This document shows, one piece after another, positions 1 through 17,449 of a stretch of DNA of 64,000 nt (position 1 is the first letter of the stretch; every line of letters starts with the position of its first letter). Location: assembly GCA_903813345.2 (NCBI GenBank), contig CAIIXF020000001.1, positions 34,782,001-34,846,000 of the forward strand, given 5' to 3'. The DNA is from Owenia fusiformis. Its lineage: Eukaryota. The position numbers and the translations under genes are program-made. The notes under the pieces were generated by a model. It did not search any database, was not told the DNA's origin, and worked only from the letters and a program-made list of their open reading frames with translations.

Positions 1-1474
1 ATCTGACAAGTAATAAATGAATGATTGAATAGGATAAAGTCTGACTTGCTGGTAGGGATCAAAGCCTTGAGATCCAAGAAATAAACTACAGTACATGTAT
101 GTTTTAACAGAAAGTACTAATCAACACTTTACACTTAATTTACACTTTGAAAAACATCTGTTTCTATTCAGATATTTCCCTACTTATATGAAGGTACTAT
201 GTTTGTCTTTTTAGGAACTATATTATTTAACCATTTGGGTACAGACAGTGTTTGAAACTCATACCTGCCTGACTGCCAATGGCAATTACTTTTCACTCTT
301 GGTAAATGAATTTGGAATGAAAGGACCCATGGTCCGGTGCTCACACAGTTTGGAACCTTCAGAGGAATGTATATCCTGACTTTCAAACCAAAATATTGAT
401 TTGGATTTGTGGTCTCAAACTTTGAGAAACTTAGATAGCACAGTTGTGTGACCTAGTTTGATGACCTTTGACCAAAATTTACATCCAAAAATCAGTTTGA
501 AAAATCAACTTTTTTGACCTTTCGAAGGTCACTGAAGGTCAAGTAAAGGTCAAATCCTAAAACTAATGTCAGATTTGAACTCCTGGCAACTTGTAGATGA
601 TTTTCAAAAAAAATTTGGTCAAATTGAAGCAAGTTGAAAAATAACTTATTTTTACTGTTTTTTTACGTCAAATATCTCAAAACTGTAAAAATTTGATGCT
701 GACACATATTGAGCAATATGTAGGGCATGCTTAAATCTAGTAATAATGTAATTCATTGCAAGAAATGATCAAGTATAAGGCAAACTTTGAGAAACTTGTC
801 AATCACAAAACCTGCCATTGACTTTATACATGAGAAAGTTCCCTGAAAATGACTGAGTCCTACTTTTTGTCAAATTTTATAGAGTAAACACCAAAAGCTG
901 TAATTCCAAGAGCTTTGAAATCTTCAGAGGACATAAGTTGCATATAAAGCAACAACTACAAGTTATTTGGAAGTTCTTCTTCAACAAAGTGTCTCTATTA
1001 CTTATCTTGATTTCTATTATGACTGCCTTGTACCTAAGAGAAAGCCACATGCTTTGACCCAATGTTTATGTCAGTAAAATTTGACCAATCAACGAAGGCC
1101 CTGCTGCGTTAGCTTATTATTATGCACGGTCAAAAACAAGTACACTTCAGCTTTTCACCGGGACTTTTCACGAACAAATCTTGCACGAATTCATCATGAA
1201 AATACAAATATTTTATCAGATAAATATCAATCAGAGTTTAGTGGATGCCGGAGAATCGATCGGATAACCAGAGGTGAGAAGATTTCAACAATAGAGTAAA
1301 TCGACGACTACATGGCCCGCTACATGGACTAGGTCTTTGTGCATTTTCATCGCGAAATCAGTTTTAAATCAACATTGAATCGCATGATTTAATTTATATT
1401 AATGACTCTTACATTCCAATGTACATTTATTTACATAATATATTGTAACTCTAAAGAAACACTCGATCAAATCA

Positions 1475-2290
1475 TTATCCCATCGAACGAAGTTCGGAGG
1501 GATATAGGGAACGCCTCCGTCCGTCCGTCCGTACGTACGTCCGTCCGTCCGTACGTACGTCCGTCCGTCCGTCCGTACGTACGTACGTCCGTCCGTCCGT
1601 ACGTACGTACGTCCGTCCGTCCGTACGTACGTCCGTCCGTCCATCCGGGCAATAACTCAAATACCGTTGGCCCGATTTTGTTCATATTTTGTACACATAT
1701 ACCCTATGGGGGTAGAAGTTCTGCTCGAAAGCCAATTTTCAAAATGGCCACTCATTTCAAAATGGCGGCCATTTTAGTGCCGAATTTACAGTAATTTAGG
1801 TGCAATATGTAAAACTGTAATAGCAATATGTTTTAGATGTAAAAAAATTATATAGGTCATTAATAAAGCTAGAAATGTAGATATTAAAGAAGCACATGGC
1901 AGCCATCTTGAAAAATGGCGGCCTTTACTCGTTATTTTACGATTTTTGCTGTAACTCGAAAAGTAGTGGAGCGATTTTGTTCATATTTGGTATGTGAATA
2001 CTATAAACATTGCACACTGTCTTATGGCATTTTTGGTAGAAGGTGGCCATTTTGAAAAATGGCCGCCACTTAAACGTTTTTTACTATAACTTGAAAAGTA
2101 GTGGAGCGATTTTGTTCATATTTGGTATATGAATACTATAAGCATGGCACATGGTCTAATGACACTTTTGGTAGAAGGCGGCCATTTTGAAAAATGGCTG
2201 CCATTTTTGCTTTATACTTTGTTTGTAAAAATGCCATCCATGGCTGTTCGATGGGATTCGCTACGCTTTGGCGTTGCCGTTGTTCTGGTT
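1475..2290 (+). mobile_element. Helentron-associated non-autonomous element (HINE/DINE-1/pearl-like), family A
   Basis: 5' ttatcccatcg subterminal IR, (CGTC/CGTA)n microsatellite, about two 135-bp core repeats, 3' cgatgggat IR plus short hairpin gctacgc-tttg-gcgttgc, ending ctggtt. Same family at 34550 and 57448. Confidence 0.8.
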
Positions 2291-2954
2291 GAATTTCAAG
2301 TCGTAGACGGGAAGTTTGCTTTGTTTATGCAGGTCAACCTGATAATGTTTTGATTGGTCTGAAGCCTAAAGTCACACGTCATGTCCATGCGATCTTGTCA
2401 ATCAATAAGGTTTCGTGATTCCCCTGATAGCGTAGGTTTTATGGAAATCTCGAAACCACTGAATAACTCAGCATAATATCAGCAGAGGCTTATTGGATTG
2501 TACAAAGCGGTATTAATTCAAGATCAGATAAGTAAAACTTGGGCAAGGCTAGTGCTATACATTAATACTTATCTAGGTATTTTATTTGCATATTTTAATT
2601 TAGGTTCTTTATTTAAGTCTCTTTCGGTATAACGTTTTGCCTTTTTGGTTACTATACTTGCCTATCCTTACAATACTTGGGTTCAACACAGGATCGGATT
2701 CACCATATTTCAAAATAAGTGGTAGAATACTCTACCCTTATAAAAAATTCAACCTTGAAAGTCCGAATTTCAACCGTTGCGCAATCATTGCACAATCATT
2801 GATCCGATCGTTTTTGCAACCATGCCGACCGTTACGATGCAACCATTGAAATTTTGGTTGTAATCTCATTGAAAAGGTTTCAATCATTTGTAACCATTGC
2901 AAACGCTTGACAATTTTGGTTGCATTTCTTGCAACCGTTTCAATCAATTGCAAC

Positions 2955-3300
2955 CCATGGCAGGTCTTGCAATATAATATAGCATTGTCATATCAGGCTT
3001 TAACATTACCACGGTCATGGCAGGCCTTGCAATATAATATAGCATTGTCATGGTCATATCAGGCTTTAACATTACCATGGTCATGGCAGGCCTTGCAATA
3101 TAATATAGCATTGTCATATCAGGCTTTAACATTACCACGGTCATGACACGCATTGCAATATAGTATAGCACTGTCACGGTTATACCAGGCTTTCACAATA
3201 ACAATACCACGGTCATGGCAGGATCCTTGTGAAACTTAAAAACACCTAATAACATGGTGACGGTTGTGCCAGGCATAAGTCTTGCAATAGATAGCATGTG
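2955..3300 (+). mobile_element. Terminal fragment of the 29231 family
   Basis: ttgcaatataatatagcattgtca repeats, then ggcaggatcctt...agtcttgcaatagatagcatgtg, as at 31255-31342. Confidence 0.8.
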
Positions 3301-3747
3301 AATGTTTGTTGTGTTATTGGCCGATAAATGGGATACTAGCAAGTTCAATGTATCTTACACTGACTTATTAGATCAAATAAACCAACAAAAAATGACAATA
3401 AAATATAGGTTGAAGTGTCGCCTCCCACCAAATATGACATTTGGTAGGTGTAAATACTGTACATAAGGAAACTAATTTAGTGAAAAAGCTTGGGGATTCC
3501 GATAAAATGAAATTTAAACTTGTGAAATCCGTGAAATTTAGAGTAAACTGCACCAAAACTAAAAGCTAAAAGCTTTGAAATCTTCAGAGGACATATGTTG
3601 CACATATAACAACTACATCCACTCATTTGTGGGACAGTTGACAATTGTCAATATATTAGTATGGCTTGCTTCACTGTACTGTATTTTTCATCGCTATATC
3701 CATCTGCTAGGCTGACCCCTACAGTGAAATTTTAAATGTTAGTAACT

Positions 3748-3966
3748 ACTTTGAATTTAAAAAATAAGCAATCAAAGGACCATATTGAAGCAGTATATGT
3801 AAAAATAGAAACATTTATACATGTCCTAACTTTTGTATATTTTGGTTTGTTTTGTAGTTAAGCTATCATATCTCTGCCCTCTTATATTTTGATACTTCTC
3901 TGCCATGTTATTTTCAGAAAAATTAACATGGCTGAAACTCCCTAAATTACAAAAGGTCACAGCTTT
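3748..3966. repeat. Dispersed ~220-bp repeat (arm of a foldback element)
   Basis: Closely similar to 34227-34446; an inverted partial arm is at 34465-34549 plus 36167-36184. Confidence 0.8.
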
Positions 3967-5702
3967 AGAATATAGTCCGGAGTAGGGATACTAGCGGTTA
4001 CCGTTGGTTATTTGGTTTTCTGTATAAAAAGCTTTTTCTCCTTTTCTGTCCCGTCGCAGCGCCATCTAGTGTTTGATAAATGAATCAAGGTTTATTCTCG
4101 ATAGGGTAAGTACTAATCTATCAGGAAACATTTACAAGTTTGGTTAGAAACGGAATTTTTATAGATGGCGGAGTGATTTTTGAGACTATGTAGAGCAGAA
4201 TAATTTTCTGAAACAGGTAGCTTTACGGTGGTAGCTCTCTCCAGATTCAGTTATCTCAAAAACGGTGTGGTCACCGTATGCTTATTTTGTAACGGCAAGC
4301 TAGACAAGACTCCAATGAACACTGGGCACTGTTTCGCTGAGCTAGATCTGTGCCCATGAATATATTATGAAATGAAACGTTATAATGGTCGTCAATGGGA
4401 TTTTTTACTGCAATCTTGACCCTATTAGCAACAGGGTGGTGACATTACTAAGGTGGGAAATAGCGTTATTTTTGTAAAAATTACACTTTCTTAGCAATGT
4501 GTACCTTGCATCTCTAAGAAAAATCAAATTATCCGAAGAATTAGCAATTTAGATTTTCGCTGATTCAGCATTTTTCATTTTTTACCTAAAAATCACAGGT
4601 TTTGACCATTTTTGGCCTGTATTTTGTTACAGGATAGCACAAGAGGGCTGTTAGTGCTGGTTTTAAGAGGTTGTTGACAGGCTTTTATCAAATTATTACC
4701 GAATTTAAGGATTTAGCCATTATCATAGCATGTAATACAGCTTTTTCCTTTGTGTCTGAATTTTTCTTGAATATATATGACAAAATTGACACATTTAACC
4801 CCATAGACTGACTAAATATGGCTGAAAACAGTTACTAACATGCATGTAATTAAAACAAGAACATTGCTATGCAAAACTGATATGATAATTTAATATAGAA
4901 GCTCATTTACTGAAAATTAATCACTAAATAATGGCTAATTTGGGGTAATCTCTGATCGAAAATGACTAGATTTGACCATTTTTTGGTTTCATGGTTCAGT
5001 GATTTTGGCAATAAACATTATGGAAGTACGAATAAACGTTTTGACATGCTAAATATTGTGAATTTGTGTTAAGCCATAGCGAGTAGCAGTATTTCTATTG
5101 CAAAAATGGTCAGTTAGGTATAAAACTGCATGGCCCTAAAATAAATGACCCCGGGGTTAACAAAGCAGCTATAAAAGCTCTTCTATTGGTGCGATTGGGC
5201 TTAAATTGCACAAAAAGTCTTGAAACACTCTAATGTTTAAGAAAAACAAGATTTCTGGCACAAAATCATTCAACCGTGTCACTATTAGAATATAGTCCGG
5301 AGTAGGGATACTAGCGGTTACCGTTGGTTATTTGGTTTTCTGTATAAAAAGCTTTTTCTCCTTTTCTGTCCCGTCGCAGCGCCATCTTGTGTTTGATAAA
5401 TGAATCAAGGTTTATTCTCGATAGGGTAAGTACTAATCTATCAGGAAACATTTACAAGTTTGGTTAGAAACGGAATTTTTATAGATGGCGGAGTGATTTT
5501 TGAGACTATGTAGAGCAGAATAATTTTCTGAAACAGGTAGCTTTACGGTGGTAGCTCTCTCCAGATTCAGTTATCTCAAAAACGGTGTGGTCACCGTATG
5601 CTTATTTTGTAACGGCAAGCTAGACAAGACTCCAATGAACACTGGGCACTGTTTCGCTGAGCTAGATCTGTGCCCATGAATATATTATGAAATGAAACGT
5701 TA
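3965..5702. repeat. Two 418-bp direct repeats 1320 bp apart
   Basis: 3965-4382 and 5285-5702 are identical except one base (4068 a, 5388 t). Confidence 0.95.
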
Positions 5703-7135
5703 AGTTTCTAACATTTAAAATTTTACTGTAGTGACATGCATGGATGACAGGTGTTATACTCTCTTAGAATGCACCATGAAAGATTATAACTGTCCTAAAT
5801 GTGAGTGTTGAATTTGTCAGTGTAAAGTACATTAGTAAACTGGCTGTAAATTCTAAGTTAGCGATCCAGAAGATGTGAACTAATACACTGATCACTTCAT
5901 GTGTGTTTTGGAATTTTTGGTGAGGTAATAAGACCAAAACTCGCAATTCAAATTGTGATGTGGAAAAATGGCGGACATTTCATTTCAAATTTTATGATTA
6001 TGACATGACCTGGTTACGTGACACGTGTCTGATCATGTGACTAGTTACTGTATGGATCATGTGACTTATTGACGTGTCAACCAACCATGTCTTCAAGGAA
6101 AACGGTAGTAAATATTTTGGAAAATGTTTTGCGAGCATTTGCTACTGATTATAGAAGAGGACACGCCGAAATAGAGCAATGTCAAACATTGTAGGGAGGG
6201 CTGCTAAAGTCACTGGGTATTCCAAATCAGTTTTTCAACGAAACTGCTAAATTGTAATTTTAGTCTGCTTATTGATCTATTGATTCATAAAGACCTGATA
6301 TGATGCATTCAAATAAGACCGCCTCCTAAATGAAAACACTGCACATAAAGTGGTGAAAAACAACAAACTAAAGTTGAAAGATTGCAACGTTCGCTACTTT
6401 GTTCAATTCCGGAAATCTCCAAGGGGCTGCAAATGGGAAATGTTTTAAATTTAGATTTTATAACCTCAGAATACTGCCTTCAGTGTCGTGTCACAGTAAC
6501 ATTTCATTAATTCGTTATTTTCACCATATGAACTTCTACCGAGAATTTGTGTTCAGATTCTACACGACAACAGAATCTAAAGATAATCATGCAATAAAAT
6601 AATTTTGGAATGTGTTTATCCTACCACCCCTATGAAAAAAATAAAAGCGCCCGCCTGGGTCGCCTGTAAAATACAGGTAACCAACATTTCATTATTTTGT
6701 TATTTTAACCATAGATCTATCAGATATGAACTGCTCACTAGAAATATTATTTGCGTTTTGATTCTAGTCATCTATCTAAAGATGGCTATGTAAAAATACA
6801 GTATGGCCTTAGAAGAAGGTAACTTTGATTGCTTCAAAGTAGTTCCAACATTTAAATCAAGTGAAGTTCAATAAGAATAGATCTACAGTTGGGGACAAAA
6901 ATAAATGACAGGTCGATTTTCGATCACCATTTCCTAATTATGGTGGTCTGAAAGCCCATAATCTCCAATATTGTCTAGATACATATCCCTTAAAATTTGT
7001 ATATTTTACATTTTGTATAATCTCATCCACTGATTTATGGCCTCTTGTAAATTCTCTTATTTTTAACATGGGAAATCCTCACTTCAGCAAATCCACCTGT
7101 CATTTATTTATGTCCCCAACTGTATTTATCAACAT

Positions 7136-7365
7136 TGGGCCATTCCATTTAAAAAATGTACGGGGGGGGGTATGGATGCACAGGTTGAGACACCCCCCCC
7201 CCAGAATTTTTTTCTTGCTACCCCCCCCCCCCCAGAAAATTGCATCCATACCACCCCCCCCCCCCGGAAATTTGCATCCATACCCCCCCCCAGAAATTTG
7301 CATCCATACCCCTCTCCCCTGGAAAATTGCATCCATACCCCCTGAAACACGCGAAATCCCCCCTT
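7136..7365. mobile_element. Left end of a TGGGCCATTCCA-type TIR element with poly-C subterminal repeats
   Basis: tgggccattccatttaaaaaatgtacg...gtatggatgca is the inverse of 11810-11851. Confidence 0.6.
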
Positions 7366-7446
7366 GAGAAACAATATAAAGGTTATAAGTTGCTCCTACC
7401 ATTGAAATAGGCAATCAGTTTCACAGAATTTACAAATTAGTGTTAA

Positions 7447-9208
7447 AGGCACATGTTCATGGAAATACCCACGTTATCGGTGTGTATACAATGGAACCAC
7501 ATGTTATATTTCACAAGTCCAAAAATATCTGCACCAGCTATGCACATATTTCTTACCTCATTATTCACGGTGTTATAGCATGACAGTTACGACACCTCTG
7601 AAAACGAGATTAGACGAGTACGATCACTGATTTATCCAATAAAATGGCCGCGATGGAACAGAAAACTAAGGTTGGTGCAGTATTTTCTTCTACTGTGTAT
7701 CAATGAAAGGATGAACGATTATTGTAGACATCGCATTCGGTGATACATTTAATAATGTATATTTTGAACGTATTCTTTGCAAATTGATGCCCGGGGATAA
7801 CAAGAAATAAGCGAAAAACTGTTGAGTTTGAAATTCAAAACTACACAAAATTTAGTAATTTGTTTATTTTTGTCGTTGGGGCATGGTCTACATTGCCTAA
7901 CGACCTCGGGGAGTCGTGAAAACAAATATATAGCAATTCAATATTCCATTTCTTACCCATTATAACAATTACATGGAAAGAGGCTATCAGAACTAGCAAC
8001 ATTAACTTGAAAGATGTGCATGCACTAGTAACCGTCCGCTAAATATCTAATGTACATCTAATACAATACGTTACTGTCTATAGAATTCATACATACTCGT
8101 CTAACGACATTGCGTTTGAAACCTTATTATTTACATTATGACCACGTTCCTGTTCTGGATTTGTAATTTTATGGCTTGTTTATACACAGTTTACTTACTG
8201 TTAATAAGTTGAGAGGCTCTGAGGCATATATGCTGAGAAATCACTAAAAAATATGAACTTGGACATCTCAGTCGGTAAGTTTACACCTTATATTCCGCTT
8301 CTAGTAAACCACCTGGCAGATTTGACCCAGTCTTTATAACCATCCATATATACGTCACCGAATGGAACTAGTTAAAAAGAAAATCTTATCTGTGAATCTT
8401 GCCTACAGGCGAGAAAGAGGACATGTTGTCTTTCCCATCCGCCATTTTTTGTTATCGTTACCGCAAAATTTTGCAAATCGCCTTGTCGTAACTGTCATGC
8501 TATAACACCGTGTTATTGATTAGTATCCAACAGACTGAGTGTGAACTCAGTTTGTTATCCTTATTTTCTGTCGTGTGGTTATTGCGGTGAATTGTATTGC
8601 ACAAAATTATCAATTCATTAGAGGAAGCATTACTTCAATAGAATAAACATTATGAAAATTCAATTAGGTAGTAAGGTACAATTAAATGACATAAAAAGTA
8701 ACACAGCATATTGTCTAGTCTAAGAGATAAAGTTACATGTAGTGGAACTTAAAAATAATTTAAATATGCAAATTAATTTACTACATCAGTCACTTTGAAT
8801 TATAATTTACATTAAAAAGATATGTTTGAACAACAACATTTAACATAGGCCATTTACAGTCTGAGTATTTCCAACTAAATTTCAAAAAATACCGTCTAGT
8901 TGTAGTCTACTCAATTGATTCTATACACTAGCTTGAACATTCTCTCAAAGCTACAGCTGTCTTTTGAAATACTGGTCGATTTAAAAAATCTGCGATTTGA
9001 GACAGCCGCAACTTTTGGGCTTTGAGAGAACACTTAGGCTGGTCTTTAGATTAAATTGAAGTAAGAGATAATTACCAGGCTTACTCAGTTACTTAAAGAA
9101 GGCAATGCAAAGATAATTTCCTGAAAAAAAAACAAAGAAATAAAACACATGCCTTCATACTATATTTCGTACCAGAAATTTTCAAAATATTTCCATATAC
9201 ACGTGCCT
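7447..9208. mobile_element. Kolobok-like non-autonomous element (TTAA TSD)
   Basis: ttaa|aggcacatgttcatggaaata ... tatttccatatacacgtgcct|ttaa. Confidence 0.65.
7566..8512. mobile_element. MITE with perfect 29-bp TIRs starting CACGGTG and a 5-bp TSD (Transib-like; EnSpm with a 2-bp TSD not excluded)
   Basis: ttatt|cacggtgttatagcatgacagttacgaca ... tgtcgtaactgtcatgctataacaccgtg|ttatt. Confidence 0.85.
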
Positions 9209-10030
9209 TTAACAGAATGTCAGTAAGTCATACGCTCAGAATGAATTATTGCTTATATTACTGTAACAGGATATTTCTAGGTCAACTTTTTTTGCCTTAG
9301 CTATGGTGGTTTTGATGACATCTAGTCTCAACAGTATATTTTCACGTACTAGTTAGCACAAAAAGTGTATGTATATAGTATCAAAGATACAATCTGATTG
9401 AATTAGTCTGAAAATAATGCTGGTAGTTTGAAGTAACCTTCCTCAATAATGTAGACAAAATGAGTGAAGTAATTTTGACTACCAGAAATTAGTGTACCTA
9501 TTAACGGTTCACAATTCTTTAGAATGTATGAATAACCAGAATATTCAGTGGTTTACTTTTCAAACTACTGTCCTATATCTTCAAAAACACATGAAAAGTT
9601 CAATATGTGAAGCAAGTGACCACATAGTTTATGACTGAAATTAGATGTCCAAAATGTGGAACAGACATGACAGAAAATAATACTATGAACTTATAACAAA
9701 AGTGTTCTAGATACTCTCATCTACTTGAATAAAGTTATATTTGAAGGCTACACATGTTGCATAATTTGACCAAATTGTCTAAAAGTCAAGAACAAGGAAG
9801 TAATTGCCAGATTGGAACCTATATATTGGTTCCAACATTGCAGTTTACATGTAGGTCACTGTCACATACACTCTTTTTTGTTTGGATCTAGTGTACTATA
9901 TACTGCTTGTAGCTCTCAATTCAGAGTAAGGCCTACTAGTGTAATGTATCCTGATCTCTAGACAAGTTCACTAATTTGTTATATTGAGGTTGTAATAGTT
10001 TTATCCTGATATATTCAGATGACCTGTGTA

Positions 10031-10509
10031 CCGGATTTTCTCGCATATAAGCCCTGGGCGTATAACTGAAAGAAGGGGTAATTTCGTCTGTTATTTTACC
10101 TATTATTTTTCGCCCATGGGCGTATAAGTGTACTACTTTCGATTTTTGGCCAAGTGGGCGTAAAGGTGAGAAGAGCTGATGAATGCAATATACTACCGTA
10201 CCTACTGTTGTAGTCCTACCGCATGTTTTGTAAGAATTATAAACGAAATGTCACCTACAACCTTGGACTTAATGTTGAAACAAAGTAACATCAGAACGAT
10301 CCACCACTGCCACTAACGGCACAGCGTTGAACTTAATGTTGAAACAAAGTAACGACAGAACGATCTGCCAGTGACAAAATACTCTTGAATTTATTGAAAA
10401 AATCAAAAAATAGTCATTTTTTATAGGCCCATGGGCGTATAGGCGTACTACATTCGATTTTTGGCCCATGGGCCTTAATTTAGGGGGGCGTATATGCGAG
10501 AAAATCCGG
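10031..10509. mobile_element. Tc1/mariner-pogo-type MITE (TA TSD)
   Basis: ta|ccggattttctcgcatata ... tatatgcgagaaaatccgg|ta; internal cccatgggcgtata repeats. Confidence 0.85.
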
Positions 10510-11589
10510 TACTTTCTCAACAGACTAAATGATTATGAAAAGCAAAAATAAAAACTGAATATTTCATAATTAGTTAGTTGAACTCGCTACCATTGTTCAC
10601 TTCACACAATCAAAATTAAAATGTAATGTTTCCATTGGTAACTACAATATTTTTTCATTATTTATTACTTCTTCAACATAAATTACACAATTCCGGGCTC
10701 AACGATGACGTCAGAAGGAATGACCATATATAGAACGTCAGTCAAATTTGGCCAACGAACACTGATTGGCGCGGTGAGTTCACAGGTTTATTTTAGTTTG
10801 AAAGAGTGAAGACGAAGCTCTCTTTTAAGAAGTGAAGTCAAACAAATGCAAAGGGTAACGATTCTGTTGTACTCTGAGCTATTTTTTCGCAAACATGTAC
10901 ATTTTCAAAAACATATGATACTGATACACGTTTGTGAGAAAGAATGTCGTGGGGAATCTGCCTACAACGCGTGAAATAAGGAAAAAGAAAAATCGTACCT
11001 TCGACGTTCCGACAAACCTTTTCGCTAACCAGTGTAATCAAGTGGATCCCCAGTATATAGGATGTATGATATAAATTAGAAAATGTACTGATTCACTTGA
11101 GAATGAAGATATTCTAATTCTCATTGTCTGAATTTAAAAATGTTTAAATAATATGCAGTAACTGTTTCAGAGAAAAATGTCATATTTGTTAATTTTAATG
11201 ATTCTTCATGTTTTTGGGGAAATCATGTTTTACTGTTCCAGAAATGAAGAGGAGTTCTATGAAAGCCATGACACTGTAGAGAAAGTTATACCCTTAACAA
11301 GAGCATACCAAAGTTTTCCTTATCTTAGCATTAAGCATTATATAGGATCACAAATACATTGCAAATATGAAAGTCAGAAAAACCTGTATACAGCTAGCTG
11401 TAGCATACTTTGTTCTGTTGGCTGGGATTAAATTTCGAAATAATAAACATGACCGAGATTTGGTGTCAGACAAGTCCATACACAAAATACTCAAGAAATA
11501 CATGTACATTAACTGACTTATTACCGCCTTTTAAAAGACTGAAAGACACTCCACCCTTATACCCCTATAGAATACTCCCCCACAGACTA

Positions 11590-11851
11590 CCACCACCACC
11601 CCCCTATTATTAACACCCCCCCCCCGTCATAATGCCTTTGCAAATACCCCCCCCCCAGAATATTCCATGGTCAATACCCCCCCAGAATTTTTTCGGTTCC
11701 TACCCCCCCCCCAGAATTTTTTGGTCAACACCCCCCCCCCCAGAATTTTTTGGTCTCCTACCCCCCCCCCAGAATTTTTCGGTCAACACCCCCCCCCCCC
11801 CCAGAATTTTGCATCCATACCCCACGTACATTTTTTAAATGGAATGGCCCA
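11590..11851. mobile_element. Right end of the same TIR family, 26 bp into FAM91A1 intron 1
   Basis: Repeats of ccccccagaattttt ending tgcatccataccccacgtacattttttaaatggaatggccca. Confidence 0.6.
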
Positions 11852-11877
11852 TTGTCAATCAGAAAAATGTTTCTCAC

Positions 11878-11949
11878 CTGTTTTGTACTATTAGGCAATT
11901 TACTCCATGGATAGTTCTGTTTGATGTAGGCTTCTATATCCGCATTCAT
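11878..11949 (-). CDS. FAM91A1: FAM91A1 homologue, first coding exon (remaining exons not found; probably left of the window)
   Basis: ATG at 11949 reads MNADIEAYIKQNYPWSKLPNSTKQ, then a CAG|gtgaga donor. Closely resembles the recalled human FAM91A1 N-terminus MNIDVEFHIRHNYPWNKLPANVRQ. No exon 2 found in 1-11877. Confidence 0.88.
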
Positions 11950-12205
11950 AGTGAGAAACTAGATACATAGAATTCAGGAATTAGCATAAGGTTATTAACT
12001 CCCACTTCCTTGAATTTATCACAAAATCTGTGACATTTTTTATCTAAGAATTCAACTCGTACCAAACTGTTTTGTTATGACTGTCTTGATTGGTCTACTC
12101 TTTAATTCTAAAAAGATATGACCAATCAAAACTCTTGTTAGGTTTTCCATAGAAAGTATTATAACTCGCTGCAGCGAAGATAAATTTGAAAAAAGTTGTA
12201 AAAAG
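11950..12205. promoter_or_regulatory. Probable bidirectional promoter between FAM91A1 and TMEM234
   Basis: 256 bp between divergent ATGs; opposed CCAAT boxes (gattgg near 12088, ccaatc near 12122). Depends on the candidate TMEM234 exon 1. Confidence 0.55.
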
Positions 12206-17011
<4,806 letters not shown>

Positions 17012-17029
<18 letters not shown>

Positions 17030-17420
17030 CATTATCCAGACTTGTGGCAAGATCATGTGACACTATCCAGATATATGGTTTATGACAATGCCAATTGACA
17101 CTATCAAGGTGTATCTCAAGGCCAATTGACACTTATGGGGTTATGACAAGGCCATTTGACATTATGCAGATCTATAACAAGGCAACATGAACTGTCCAGG
17201 TGTATGACAAGGCCAATTGACAATAATCAGGTGTATAGTATGGCCATGTGACATTATTGGGGTGCAGGCCCATGTGGCACTATTCACTATACTAGTCTGA
17301 CAGAGCCAGGTGACACTATTGGGGTATATGACAAGGCCATGTGACATCATTAGGGTGTGTGACAAGACCATGTGACACTACCCCCAGAACAGGCATCTGA
17401 CAAGGCCAACACTATTGGTC
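17012..17420 (+). repeat. ~35-bp minisatellite starting in the last TMEM234 codons
   Basis: About 11 variants of tatgacaaggccatgtgaca; the first copy encodes YDKAM*. Confidence 0.85.
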
Positions 17421-17449
17421 ATGTTTGACATTTTCCAGCATAAGAAGAA

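Noticed and set aside
878..960. ~80-bp similarity to 3540-3620
   Set aside because: Short, diverged local duplicate with no termini or coding signal.
1399..1794. Overlapping ORFs with RTDGRTYV/VRPS repeats
   Set aside because: Translations of the (CGTC/CGTA)n microsatellite in a HINE.
3965..5702. TRIM/LTR retrotransposon or retrozyme
   Set aside because: No TG..CA ends, no convincing PBS, PPT or TSD, and no CTGANGA hammerhead core seen in the repeats on either strand.
7068..7414. Proline- or glycine-rich ORFs (also 11632-11894)
   Set aside because: Arise from poly-C tracts in transposon subterminal repeats.
1..11877. Further FAM91A1 exons
   Set aside because: A visual search for the expected exon 2 peptide (NQLRY-like) found nothing; a TBLASTN would be needed to exclude it.
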